Part shown: positions 9,305-18,357 of the stretch, piece by piece
How the letters are laid out: each line of letters begins with the position of its first letter
Numbering within the stretch: position 1 is the stretch's first letter
DNA from: Desulfobacteraceae bacterium
GTDB taxonomy: Bacteria; Desulfobacterota; Desulfobacteria; Desulfobacterales; JAABTS01
Assembly (NCBI GenBank): GCA_011389735.1
Contig: JAABTS010000006.1
Coordinates: 107-64,106 of the forward strand
Direction of reading: 5' to 3'
Length of the DNA: 64,000 nucleotides
Notes under the pieces: generated by a model
The model's database searches: none
Told to the model about the DNA's origin: nothing
The model's input: only the letters and a program-made list of their open reading frames with translations
Position numbers and translations under genes: made by a program

Positions 9305-9904
9305 TTGGCGTTTGTCAATATGAAAACAAAAGAAGTCCAGGCCAAGATTGTATTTTATGGGCCCGGCAGAGGGGGAAAAACCACCAACCTTGAATATGTT
9401 TATTCCAAATTCAGGGAACGTATAAAAACGGATATGGTCAGCATAAAAACGCATGGAGATCGAACGTTGTTTTTTGATTTCCTTCCCTTTGACATTGGAA
9501 AGATAATGGGATATGACGTAAAAATTCAGTTATACACCGTTCCCGGCCAGGTCAAATATAATGCGACGCGTAAACTTGTGCTAAAAGGTGTGGACGGTAT
9601 GGTGTTTGTCGCTGATTCGCAGCGTGATAAGCGGGAAAAGAATCACGAATCCTTGAAAAACTTACAAGAAAATCTTGCAGCTTATAAAAAAAGCATATTT
9701 AAGATTCCCCTGGTTCTTCAATATAATAAGCGGGATTTGAAAGAAACGCCTTTAATGCCGATCGAAATGATGGAAAAAGATTTGAACAAACAGCTCAAGG
9801 CGCCATCGTTCCCGGCAAGTGCGATTACCGGGGAGAACGTGGTGCCGACGTTAAAAAAAATTATATCGCTAACCATGGCTTCCTTGCAAAATGTAATGAA
9901 ATAG
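9305..9904 (+). CDS. mglA: MglA-family Ras-like small GTPase
   Basis: The motifs are the P-loop YGPGRGGKTTNLEYVY, RTLFFDFLP, the MglA-type G3 LYTVPGQ (Thr in place of Asp) and the G4 motif YNKRD. It aligns closely along its length with M. xanthus MglA as I recall that sequence. The TTG start is preceded by AGGAGG. Confidence 0.9.
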   Translation: MAFVNMKTKEVQAKIVFYGPGRGGKTTNLEYVYSKFRERIKTDMVSIKTHGDRTLFFDFLPFDIGKIMGYDVKIQLYTVPGQVKYNATRKLVLKGVDGMVFVADSQRDKREKNHESLKNLQENLAAYKKSIFKIPLVLQYNKRDLKETPLMPIEMMEKDLNKQLKAPSFPASAITGENVVPTLKKIISLTMASLQNVMK

Positions 9905-9916
9905 GAGGATAACGCA

Positions 9917-10336
9917 GTGGGATCCAATTATGACGACAATGTTTCTTATTCGGATTTCACCCTCGGTCACGAAGAATTGGAGACCATAGAGGAAGTCCTG
10001 CAAAAAGACCTTGTCGACGGTGGTGTTCATAGTGTATTGCTGATTGATATGGCTGGCAATATCGTCGCGAAAAAAGATAACGGCAATTGTGAACACGATT
10101 TGTATTCTCTGGCGGCTTTGGCGTCGGCGAATTTTGCGGCGGTCGATACAATGGCGAAAATTGTGGGGGAAAATGAATTCTCGCTTCTTTTTCATAAAGG
10201 GGAAGAAGAGAGCATTCATTTCAGCAAGGTAAATCCGGAATTTTTATTGATTACCATTTTCGGAAAGGAAGTCACCCTCGGGTTGCTTCGACTGAAAGTG
10301 TCCGAGGCCATAGAGAAAATCAATTCGATATGGTAA
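9917..10336 (+). CDS. mglB: Roadblock/LC7 (MglB-like) protein, paralog 2
   Basis: Its core is about four-fifths identical by eye to the 8766..9182 product. It shares the same TAGGAGGATAA RBS context and uses a GTG start. Confidence 0.8.
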   Translation: MGSNYDDNVSYSDFTLGHEELETIEEVLQKDLVDGGVHSVLLIDMAGNIVAKKDNGNCEHDLYSLAALASANFAAVDTMAKIVGENEFSLLFHKGEEESIHFSKVNPEFLLITIFGKEVTLGLLRLKVSEAIEKINSIW

Positions 10337-10474
10337 AAAAACCACCATTGACGGATAAATAGCCGTATAGGATGTATATAAACAAGACAGAATCAGGATA
10401 TCGCTACCATTGAATACGTCTTCCACCTTATTGATAAAGCATGTGGATTTTAATACGACTATCAGTCAAGAATT

Positions 10475-10578
10475 TATAGGTTTTCAGAAATTAAATTTCA
10501 CAAGGCGGCAAGCCTGGGATAAAGTGTTCGTATATCCTAACCGACAACGCAGTGAAATTTGATTTTTGAAAGACTATA
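10475..10578 (+). repeat. tier-1 palindromic element, full length
   Basis: The sequence runs tataggttttcagaaattaaatttcacaaggcggcaagcctgggata...tatcctaaccgacaacgcagtgaaatttgatttttgaaagactata. Confidence 0.85.
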
Positions 10579-10691
10579 CAGCACCCCAGGCTCGATATTA
10601 TGAAAAAACATAAATACTGCAAGCGAACTCCGACAGGAGCCACCCCGGGATACCCCAATCGACTTGCCGGAAGATCTGAAATTAGGAGGGT

Positions 10692-11600
10692 ATGCAATTG
10701 AGTTCTGAAAAGAATGGCAATATTTCTGCTCAGGTAGATAGTCGCCTGGACGATCTTTTTGGTGATGGAGACGAGCAAAGCGAGAATTTTGAAAACAAAG
10801 AGACCGAAGCCGAAGTCAATGACAGGATTGATGACATTTTCGGCGATTCCGGTTCCAATGATTCCGGGGCGAATGAATCGCCTATCGAACTCGACAATCC
10901 GAATAAAATGAAATCCGACCAGAAATCCGACCAAAAGAAGAGCAAGACTCCTCAAAGATCGAGCAGGCATGCGGCTCAACCGGAAGAAAATTCCCCTATC
11001 CAAGATTTGAAGTCCGTTATTTTGTCCCTTGAATGGGAAATCAGCGATCAGGTCATGCAGCGGTTAGGGGAAGAAGTGCTAAAGCTGGAGGGGGAATATA
11101 AAGACGATAAAATTGTCGTTGCTTTTCTCCAACTGTTGGGATCTTTGGGCAAATATATTCAGAAAAAGCGAGCCGAAGCGCATCCGGATTCGATCAGCCT
11201 TTTGAACTCGGTTTATGAAAACCTTGAACAAGTCATTATGTCTGATGAGTTAACCGATTCGGCCAAGAAAAAGATGCTTGTTACAGAGGTTAACAAATAC
11301 AAAAAGCTCAAAGAACACATCGCCTCCATAAAATCCTCCGTTCCCAGGAAAAAAGAGTATAAACCGGCGGGAAAGCCGCCGCAGGAGTATGAGCCGGAAC
11401 CCGTCGAGGCTCCGGAAACTGTCGCCGGTGGTGAAGAAGAATCCTCAGTATCAGGCGCGCCGGAGAGTTATACGGGGATTTCTGCCGACGAACATTCTGA
11501 GCAGCAATTAATCATAAAAACCCTCCAAGAAATTAATCAGACCATTAAGAGCGAATTTCAGGCGCTTCGTGAAGAACTACATTCATGGAAAAATTCATAG
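10692..11600 (+). CDS. hypothetical acidic protein (DD[LI]FGD repeats, Pro/Glu-rich linker, helical core)
   Basis: This long ORF has an AGGAGG upstream and lies co-directionally between mglB2 and the FHA gene. I recognise no family, and the start is uncertain. Confidence 0.5.
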   Translation: MQLSSEKNGNISAQVDSRLDDLFGDGDEQSENFENKETEAEVNDRIDDIFGDSGSNDSGANESPIELDNPNKMKSDQKSDQKKSKTPQRSSRHAAQPEENSPIQDLKSVILSLEWEISDQVMQRLGEEVLKLEGEYKDDKIVVAFLQLLGSLGKYIQKKRAEAHPDSISLLNSVYENLEQVIMSDELTDSAKKKMLVTEVNKYKKLKEHIASIKSSVPRKKEYKPAGKPPQEYEPEPVEAPETVAGGEEESSVSGAPESYTGISADEHSEQQLIIKTLQEINQTIKSEFQALREELHSWKNS

Positions 11601-11652
11601 GCGCTTTTTCGTATTGAAACTTTGCGGTGTGCATTGGAGGGAATAACTACTG

Positions 11653-12129
11653 ATGATTATTTTTTGCGAAGAATGTGGTCAACGAAATGTCGTTGAGCCG
11701 GAGGACATCGACAAAGAACCTCGGTGTTCTTCATGTAAAGACAAACTCCGCATTCCGGTAACGGCGCAAAGCGCTCATAAAGCAGTTCAAGTCAGCGGGC
11801 CGAAAAACCGGCTTGAATTAAAATTTAAAGAAGATGTGATTGAAATCAGCCAGAACAGACCAAGCGTTACAATGGGGCGTCAGCGATACAACGACCTCGT
11901 TGTCGAAGACAATCGAGTGTCCAGATCACATGCTCGTTTCGAATATCGCCGAAACGAATTTGTACTCATTGATCAAAGCACGAATGGAACCTATGTTTTT
12001 GTAAAAGGCAAAAAAGGAATGAATCTCAGACAGGACGAACTTCCTTTAAATGGAAGCGGATTTATCGGCCTGGGGCGCAAAGTGGCGTCCAATTCCCCTG
12101 AAGCCATCCATTTTATCATCCATAACTGA
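11653..12129 (+). CDS. zinc-ribbon + FHA domain protein
   Basis: The N-terminus has CEEC...CSSC (MJ0042-type ribbon). The C-terminus has the FHA signature MGRQRYNDLVVEDNRVSRSHARFEY...LIDQSTNGTYV. A GGAGGG RBS is present. Confidence 0.8.
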   Translation: MIIFCEECGQRNVVEPEDIDKEPRCSSCKDKLRIPVTAQSAHKAVQVSGPKNRLELKFKEDVIEISQNRPSVTMGRQRYNDLVVEDNRVSRSHARFEYRRNEFVLIDQSTNGTYVFVKGKKGMNLRQDELPLNGSGFIGLGRKVASNSPEAIHFIIHN

Positions 12130-12307
12130 ATCCGGAAGGTTTTTTCGAATTTTCCCACGCTAAGTCCGCTAAAGAAGGCGTGTTTGATTATCAATCCCCT
12201 AATTCCCCTAATTAATTTAGCGGAACTGTCCGCCCGGGATAATGCCGTCCGCATATCCTAATTATCCCAGGCCGACAATGCGCGCAGTGCAATTTAATCG
12301 ATTACTA
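12126..12307 (+). repeat. composite/degenerate tier-1 element
   Basis: The right half, gcccgggataatgccgtccgcatatcc...ccaggccgacaatgcgcgcagtgcaatttaatcg, matches the family. The left half is degenerate and contains cccctaatt x2. Confidence 0.55.
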
Positions 12308-13069
12308 TCCTGCCTCCTGTTTCGCCAGCATCGTCGCCGGGTCCATCAGCACGGAAAGATTGAGCGGCTCCACGTTTCCGGCGGATTTAATCACCTTTAG
12401 CACAATTTTTTCCTGCTCCGGCCGAATCTGCAATGCAATATCAAAAATATCGGAATATTTTGATAACGGTTCCGGCAAGAGTTCCGCCGATAAATTCGTT
12501 TCCAAAGCATTGCGATGGGTTTTCACGGTAAACCAGATGCATAGTTTGTCCTTGCCGGCGAAATCTTTCAATTCGGTTAAAATGTCCTCGATATCGTCAT
12601 GAAACGGTAAGCCATCGAATACAATCGCATCAGGATAAAAAATGCCCTGCTCCGTTAAATCAGCCAGCCGTTCGTAGAATTTGGGCATACTGAATTTGTT
12701 GACATTGAATGTCATGATGAACCGTTTGGACAAAAGCGTTTCCCATAAAGAACCGGCTTGATGAGATTCATACGCTGTGGTCATGTTCCGGTAAACTTCT
12801 TCATACCAGAGGCATATTTTTCGCACCGGATCGCCCATGCTGATGTGAAGCACTTTTTTATTCTGCAGCATATTATCCATGGCGATCTGGACGAGCAATG
12901 CTGTTTTACCAAGACCCGCTCTGGCCAGTACGGCGCCGAAACCACCCGGTTCCGGAATTGAATTGTTTTCATGAATGATAGCCCTCAACGGGCTTTTATG
13001 AATCAGCTCTTGTCTCAAAATATCTATCTTCATTTTATATAACTCTATAATCAATCTGTTTTCCGGCAA
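12305..13069 (-). CDS. RecA-superfamily (KaiC/RadA/DnaB-C-like) single-domain P-loop ATPase
   Basis: It has a Walker A motif (LARAGLGKTALLVQIA) and a Walker-B-like motif (DAIVFDGL). The start is either the TTG at 13069, abutting the EF-G stop, or the ATG at 13033. Confidence 0.6.
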   Translation of the reverse strand: MPENRLIIELYKMKIDILRQELIHKSPLRAIIHENNSIPEPGGFGAVLARAGLGKTALLVQIAMDNMLQNKKVLHISMGDPVRKICLWYEEVYRNMTTAYESHQAGSLWETLLSKRFIMTFNVNKFSMPKFYERLADLTEQGIFYPDAIVFDGLPFHDDIEDILTELKDFAGKDKLCIWFTVKTHRNALETNLSAELLPEPLSKYSDIFDIALQIRPEQEKIVLKVIKSAGNVEPLNLSVLMDPATMLAKQEAG

Positions 13070-15157
13070 TCATGCGGCGTTACTGCTTTTTTTGTCGGAT
13101 TTCTTTCTAAGGGTTTCCACGATACTTTCAGGCGCTTGTTTATAGGTAAGAAATTCCATCGTGAACTGCGCTTTGCCTGTGGTTAACGACCGGAGTACTG
13201 TTGCATAACCGAACATTTCAGCAAGCGGCGTCTGAGCTTCGACCACGCAAAACGTGCCGTCGTCTTGAGCCCCTAATATAACGCCCCTCCTTTGATTTAA
13301 CGATCCCATAACCGATCCTTGAAATTCAGGAGGTGTTTCAACAACCACCTTCATGATCGGTTCCAGTATCACAGGCGCGGCTTTAGGATATGCTTCCATG
13401 AATGCGCCCCTGGCGGCGGCTTGAAACGCCATTTCCGAAGAATCGACGCTGTGGTGGTTTCCATCGGTGATGACGGCTTTTACGCCGGTGACGGGGTAGC
13501 CTAGTTTAGGGCCCTTTTTTAAACAATCACGAAAACCTTTTTCACAGGACGGAATATACTGCGTCGGAATGGAGCCGCCGACAACTTTGCTTTCGAATAT
13601 GAATTCACCATCCTCCAGTGGTTCCAGGAATCCTTGAATCCGGCCGTACTGTCCTGATCCGCCGGTTTGCTTTTTATGAGTGTAATTAAATTCGCAGAGT
13701 TTTGTAATCGTTTCCCGGTAGGCTACGCCGGGGGCGCCCGTGGTGATCTCGGCCTGATATTCTCGTTTCATTCGTTCGACGTAAATATCGAGGTGCAATT
13801 CACCCATACCCGAAATGAGGGTTTCGTTTGTTTCGTCATTGACGAAAACTTTAAAGCTTGGATCTTCCTTCATAAATCGATTCAAGGCTTTGGACATGTT
13901 GATTTCGGATTTGTGATCCTTTGGAAAAACGGCCAGGGATATGACGGGCTCCGGCACGATAATGTTGGTCATGGTCAAATCTATCCCGGGGGCTCCGAAC
14001 GTATCTCCGGATGCAAAATCTACTCCGAAGAGCGCTCCTATATATCCCGCCTGCAATTGATCGATATCTTCCATTTGATCGGCGTGCATTCGGATCACCC
14101 GGCCAATTCTGTTTTTTTTGCCGGTTCGGACATTGACGACCGTGTCCCCTTTTTTTAACGTGCCTTGATATACCCGGATATAGGTCAATTGCCCATATTG
14201 ACCTTCTTCGAGCTTAAATGCGAAAGCGATCAGCGGTTTGTCCGCATCGCTGTCCACAACAATTTTCCGGTCAGGGTCATCGCAGGCCATTGCAATGTTA
14301 TCTACTTCCGAAGGGCAGGGCAGGTAACGAACCACGGCGTCCAGAAGAGTTTGAACACCCTTGTTTTTATATGCGGACCCCAAGAACACCGGCGTCAATT
14401 CGCGTTTGAGAACTCCGGTGCGCACAGCTTCGATCAACACTTTGGAATTAACTTCTTTCTCTTCCAGAACCGTTTCAGTCAACTCATCCGAAAACATGGC
14501 CGCCGCATCGATAAGAACTTCGCGGAATTTCAGCGCATCTTCCATCATATGATCCGGAATCTCAGCTTCCAGAATGTCTTCCCCATGAATCCCCTCGTAG
14601 TACAAGGCTTTCATGTCGATCAAGTCAACGACCCCTTTAAAATCGGCTTCCAAACCAATAGGCAATTGCATGGCGACCGCATTATGACCTAATTTTTCTT
14701 TAAGCTGGGAAATGACCCGAAACGGATTGGCTCCATTTCGGTCCATTTTATTGATAAACGCAATGGAAGGAACAGCGTATCGTTTCATCTGTTGATCGAC
14801 TGTGACGGACTGCGATTGAACGCCTCCGACCGCGCATAAAACAAGGATGCCGCTGTCAAGAACCCGTAACGACCGTTCCACCTCAATGGTGAAATCGACA
14901 TGGCCGGGGGTGTCGATGATATTTATTTGGCGTCCCTTCCATTCACAATATGTCGCCGCCGAAGCAATCGTGATGCCGCGTTCTTTTTCGAGGTCCATGG
15001 AATCCATTGTTGCGCCCACCCCATCCTTGCCTTTAACATCGTGGATGGCGTGAATCCGTTTGGTGTAAAACAGAATTCTTTCTGTGAGCGTTGTTTTGCC
15101 TGAGTCGATGTGAGCGCTTATTCCGATGTTTCTAAGTTTTGAAATATCAAATTTCAT
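13070..15157 (-). CDS. fusA: elongation factor G paralog (stand-alone, EF-G2-like)
   Basis: The motifs are [23 protein letters not shown] and NKMDR, with full five-domain length. The gene is not in an rpsL-rpsG-fusA-tuf context. Confidence 0.92.
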   Translation of the reverse strand: MKFDISKLRNIGISAHIDSGKTTLTERILFYTKRIHAIHDVKGKDGVGATMDSMDLEKERGITIASAATYCEWKGRQINIIDTPGHVDFTIEVERSLRVLDSGILVLCAVGGVQSQSVTVDQQMKRYAVPSIAFINKMDRNGANPFRVISQLKEKLGHNAVAMQLPIGLEADFKGVVDLIDMKALYYEGIHGEDILEAEIPDHMMEDALKFREVLIDAAAMFSDELTETVLEEKEVNSKVLIEAVRTGVLKRELTPVFLGSAYKNKGVQTLLDAVVRYLPCPSEVDNIAMACDDPDRKIVVDSDADKPLIAFAFKLEEGQYGQLTYIRVYQGTLKKGDTVVNVRTGKKNRIGRVIRMHADQMEDIDQLQAGYIGALFGVDFASGDTFGAPGIDLTMTNIIVPEPVISLAVFPKDHKSEINMSKALNRFMKEDPSFKVFVNDETNETLISGMGELHLDIYVERMKREYQAEITTGAPGVAYRETITKLCEFNYTHKKQTGGSGQYGRIQGFLEPLEDGEFIFESKVVGGSIPTQYIPSCEKGFRDCLKKGPKLGYPVTGVKAVITDGNHHSVDSSEMAFQAAARGAFMEAYPKAAPVILEPIMKVVVETPPEFQGSVMGSLNQRRGVILGAQDDGTFCVVEAQTPLAEMFGYATVLRSLTTGKAQFTMEFLTYKQAPESIVETLRKKSDKKSSNAA

Positions 15158-15195
15158 AAATCCCTACTTTTTACATACTCCTTCGAATGGTTTAT

Positions 15196-15263
15196 CCTTT
15201 CAGGCATAAAAATTCGCAAAGCCTCAAACGGCTCGGCGGAATTGATCTCCTGAAACGCTATAG
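15196..15263 (+). repeat. short/degenerate tier-1 element
   Basis: The sequence runs cctttcaggcataaaaattcgc...cggcggaattgatctcctgaaacgctatag. Confidence 0.45.
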
Positions 15264-15324
15264 CGTGTGGTTACCGGGATATCGGGGATTGATTCCCATT
15301 CAATAATATATCCGGGTGGTTTAT

Positions 15325-15369
15325 AAAAAAAAATCCCTGGATATGCCGGTTGAACTCGCCTATCCAGGG
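15325..15369 (-). terminator. intrinsic-terminator-like hairpin on the minus strand, about 170 nt upstream of the EF-G start
   Basis: The minus strand reads ccctggata-(17 nt)-tatccaggg-a-ttttttttt. That is a 9-bp GC-rich stem followed by U9. Confidence 0.5.
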
Positions 15370-15478
15370 CCACTTTAACCTGCAAGTATATTTCCTGATA
15401 ACCCCGTTGTCAACAAATAATTTTTGTTTCGGCGTTATATATTTTTTTGACTCAAATCAACCCAATTCGAAAATTGTC

Positions 15479-15508
15479 TTGACAAGGAACCGCTTTCACA
15501 CGTATAAA
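15479..15508 (+). promoter_or_regulatory. sigma70-like promoter candidate for rpsF-rpsR
   Basis: TTGACA (15479-15484), an 18-nt spacer, then TATAAA (15503-15508). This would leave a leader of about 190 nt. Confidence 0.5.
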
Positions 15509-15697
15509 TCAGGATTTTGTATTCGCTGTTCATTTTGGCTTCTCCGATTTCATATTTCAGAAGGTTTAAGCGGATTGTAACAATTTGTATATTATCTGCG
15601 AATAGCGTACTGAAATGATATCTTCGAGAAGCTGCGGCGTTATTTCCTTGCTCCGAATATTGATTCGGGGCTCAATTATCCACAAGGAGGATTATTT

Positions 15698-16201
15698 ATG
15701 CGTAGGTATGAAACTCTCTTTATCCTGGATCCTGATTTGTCACAGGACAGTCGGGATTCTATTTTGGAAAGAGTACATGGGATCATTTCGGATTATAACG
15801 GAATCCTGATTAGCAATGATGACTGGGGGCCAAAAAGACTCGCCTATGAAATCCGAAAAAAAGAGCGAGGCCAGTATATTTTGCTGAACTATGGGGGCGA
15901 GGGTAAGCTCGTATCCGAAATCGAACGCTTTTTCCGGATTGACGAGCGTGTATTGAAATTCATCACGGTGCTTCTGGAAAAAGATGTCGATGTCGATGTC
16001 CTCCGGGCTGGTCTGGCGGAAAAAGAAGCCGGGGAATCACAAAGCGATTCGGACGCCGAGGTCGATCAACCGTCTGAAATGGATGAAGGCGGCGAAGCCG
16101 AAGCGGAATCAAACGGCGATTCAAGTCTACCGGATAGTGACCGATCAGACAATAAAGCGGCTGCCGGGGAAGCGGAGACCGAAACCGAAATAACCGAATA
16201 A
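15698..16201 (+). CDS. rpsF: 30S ribosomal protein S6 with a long acidic C-terminal tail
   Basis: The sequence begins MRRYETLFILDPDLSQD and contains RLAYEIRKKERGQYILLNY. AAGGAGG lies upstream. Confidence 0.92.
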   Translation: MRRYETLFILDPDLSQDSRDSILERVHGIISDYNGILISNDDWGPKRLAYEIRKKERGQYILLNYGGEGKLVSEIERFFRIDERVLKFITVLLEKDVDVDVLRAGLAEKEAGESQSDSDAEVDQPSEMDEGGEAEAESNGDSSLPDSDRSDNKAAAGEAETETEITE

Positions 16202-16222
16202 ATAAATGAAGAGAGGTGACAT

Positions 16223-16486
16223 ATGAGCACAGGCGCTCAGGGTGATAATCGAAAGAAAAAAAGAATATTTCATCGGCGGAAGATATGTCGGTTTTGTGCG
16301 GACAGTACAATCGTTATAGACTATAAAGATTCGAAAACGCTCAGGTATTTTACAACCGAACGAGGGAAGATTATTCCGAGACGAATTTCGGGAACATGTG
16401 CGAAGCATCAGCGGAAATTGACGTTGGAAATAAAGAGGGCGCGCATGATTGCGCTTTTGCCTTATGTCGGCAGGGTCGAAGCTTAG
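16223..16486 (+). CDS. rpsR: 30S ribosomal protein S18
   Basis: The sequence contains [60 protein letters not shown]. Confidence 0.92.
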   Translation: MSTGAQGDNRKKKRIFHRRKICRFCADSTIVIDYKDSKTLRYFTTERGKIIPRRISGTCAKHQRKLTLEIKRARMIALLPYVGRVEA

Positions 16487-16744
16487 CCTTCCGCACGTTT
16501 TGTATAAGCAGCGCATTTTTTGAAACGGTTTTGTTTCCGCCGGGAGTCAAACAGCGTATTGATATTCTGATGCGGTCAAAACCATGTATAGCTTTTCCGA
16601 TATTATGGATTTGAAATCGATCAAAGCACCGTTTTGAGGAGTTTTCATGTTTTTGCCTCATTAAGTCAGGCGGCGTTTAACCTCCTATTATGAGGTTGCA
16701 GCAGGTATGAGGTTGCAGCAGGTGTCTTTGCGAATTAAAAACCC

Positions 16745-16838
16745 CATATATTTCAGAAGGCATAAGTCAGGAGGACGCCGCTGTCCAAACCTCCCAGGCC
16801 GGTAACGAACTGAAATTGAACATCTGAAAAGCTGTAGG
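16745..16838 (+). repeat. tier-1 palindromic element (diverged)
   Basis: The sequence runs atatatttcagaaggcataagtcagg...cccaggccggtaacgaactgaaattgaacatctgaaaagctgtag. Confidence 0.6.
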
Positions 16839-16851
16839 AAGGAACGAACGG

Positions 16852-17817
16852 ATGACGGCGTCTAAAGTGAACGGCCCGGTTTTACAGGACATTATTCGAG
16901 GTCTCGGCGTCACCGTATGCATATTCGGTATTGCCCTCAGCGTTCCTTTGCTGGGATTTTTTGTTTCTCTTCTTCTCCCTTTGCCCGTGATGTTTTACCG
17001 GTCAAAATTGGGAAGACGATGGGGAGCTATGATTCCGGTGGTTTCTTTTTTCCTCATGTCGGTTCTGTTCGGCAGAGTGTCTCTTGATTTGATATTTTTT
17101 GCCGAACTGATGCTGTGCGGATTCGTGATGGCGGAATTGATCAACGCTGATTATTCATTGGAAAAAACCATATTGTACGCCTGTGGGATCGTTGTTGCAG
17201 CAGGATACGCCGTTTTGTTTTTCTACGCCGGTTCCAGAGATATGGGCGTAGCTGAACTGGTGGATCGGAATCTCGCCGCCAATCTCGATTTATCCTTTAA
17301 AATATATACCGAATTAGGCGTTTTTCCCGAAGAAAATATTCAACTGATAAAAGATTCCCTGGATCGGATACGATATGTGCTTCTCCGGATGGCCCCGGCG
17401 ATTACAGTATCCTTTCTTATGGTTGTGATGTGGATGACGCTGCTTATTTCAAGAGTTCTTTTTCAATTACGTAATCTTTACTTTCCGGACTACGGGCCTT
17501 TGAAATTCTGGCGGGCGCCTGAAAATTTGGTTTGGGGTGTGATAGGGTGTGGAGTAGTGATGATTTTCCCGGATTCATCCATAAAAATGATCGGCGCCAA
17601 CGGTCTTCTCATCCTTATGACCATTTACTTTTTTTCAGGGATAGGCGTTATTGCGTTTTATTTTGAAAAATTCGGATTGCCGCGTCCGTTGCGAATTTTC
17701 TCTTATGCGATTATCATGCTTCATCAAATAGCGTTGATTTTTGTAATCGGTATCGGCTTTTTCGATATCTGGATTAATTTCAGAAAAAGAGGGCTATCCG
17801 GAAATAATGACCAATAA
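16852..17817 (+). CDS. polytopic membrane protein, DUF2232/YybS-like
   Basis: It has 8 or more hydrophobic segments. It sits between rpsR and rplI, as yybS does in Firmicutes; the assignment rests on context plus topology only. Confidence 0.5.
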   Translation: MTASKVNGPVLQDIIRGLGVTVCIFGIALSVPLLGFFVSLLLPLPVMFYRSKLGRRWGAMIPVVSFFLMSVLFGRVSLDLIFFAELMLCGFVMAELINADYSLEKTILYACGIVVAAGYAVLFFYAGSRDMGVAELVDRNLAANLDLSFKIYTELGVFPEENIQLIKDSLDRIRYVLLRMAPAITVSFLMVVMWMTLLISRVLFQLRNLYFPDYGPLKFWRAPENLVWGVIGCGVVMIFPDSSIKMIGANGLLILMTIYFFSGIGVIAFYFEKFGLPRPLRIFSYAIIMLHQIALIFVIGIGFFDIWINFRKRGLSGNNDQ

Positions 17818-17835
17818 AAAAATACGGAGGTATTC

Positions 17836-18282
17836 ATGAAAGTTATATTAACAGAAACTGTTGGATCCCTGGGCGTCATCGGGAGCGAAGTGGTTGTCGC
17901 GGATGGTTATGCGAGGAATTATCTGATTCCTCAGAGCAAGGCTGTTGAAGCGACGGCTTCGAATCGAAAACGGCTCGAACAGGATAAAGCGAAATTCGAT
18001 ATCCAGATCGCCAAAGAAAAGGAATTCGCCGAAGAAATGGCGAAACGGCTTGAAGGCGTAAATGTTCGAATCGGGGTAAAAGTCAGCGACCAGGATCGTT
18101 TATACGGATCAGTGACCGTGAAAAACATTATTGATGCGCTGGCGGCCAAAGACATCGAAGTCGATAAAAGAATGGTGCTTCTTAAAGAACCGATTAAAAG
18201 TCTGGGGACGTATAATGTACCCATTCGGGTTTACAAAGGCGTTAAACCGGAAGTTATCGTTGAGGTTCACCCCGAAGCGTGA
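17836..18282 (+). CDS. rplI: 50S ribosomal protein L9
   Basis: The sequence begins MKVILTETVGSLGVIGSEVVVADGYARNYLIPQSKAV. Confidence 0.92.
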   Translation: MKVILTETVGSLGVIGSEVVVADGYARNYLIPQSKAVEATASNRKRLEQDKAKFDIQIAKEKEFAEEMAKRLEGVNVRIGVKVSDQDRLYGSVTVKNIIDALAAKDIEVDKRMVLLKEPIKSLGTYNVPIRVYKGVKPEVIVEVHPEA

Positions 18283-18357
18283 TAACTTTAAAAAGACTCC
18301 ATTTTAAGGCGTTTTCATTTATCGCCGATATAATAACCCGGGAACGGATCGGTTTGT

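Noticed and set aside
10491-11003. Minus-strand 170-aa ORF upstream of and overlapping the acidic protein gene
   Set aside because: It starts inside a tier-1 repeat, is antisense to the co-directional mgl-cluster ORF, and has no RBS.
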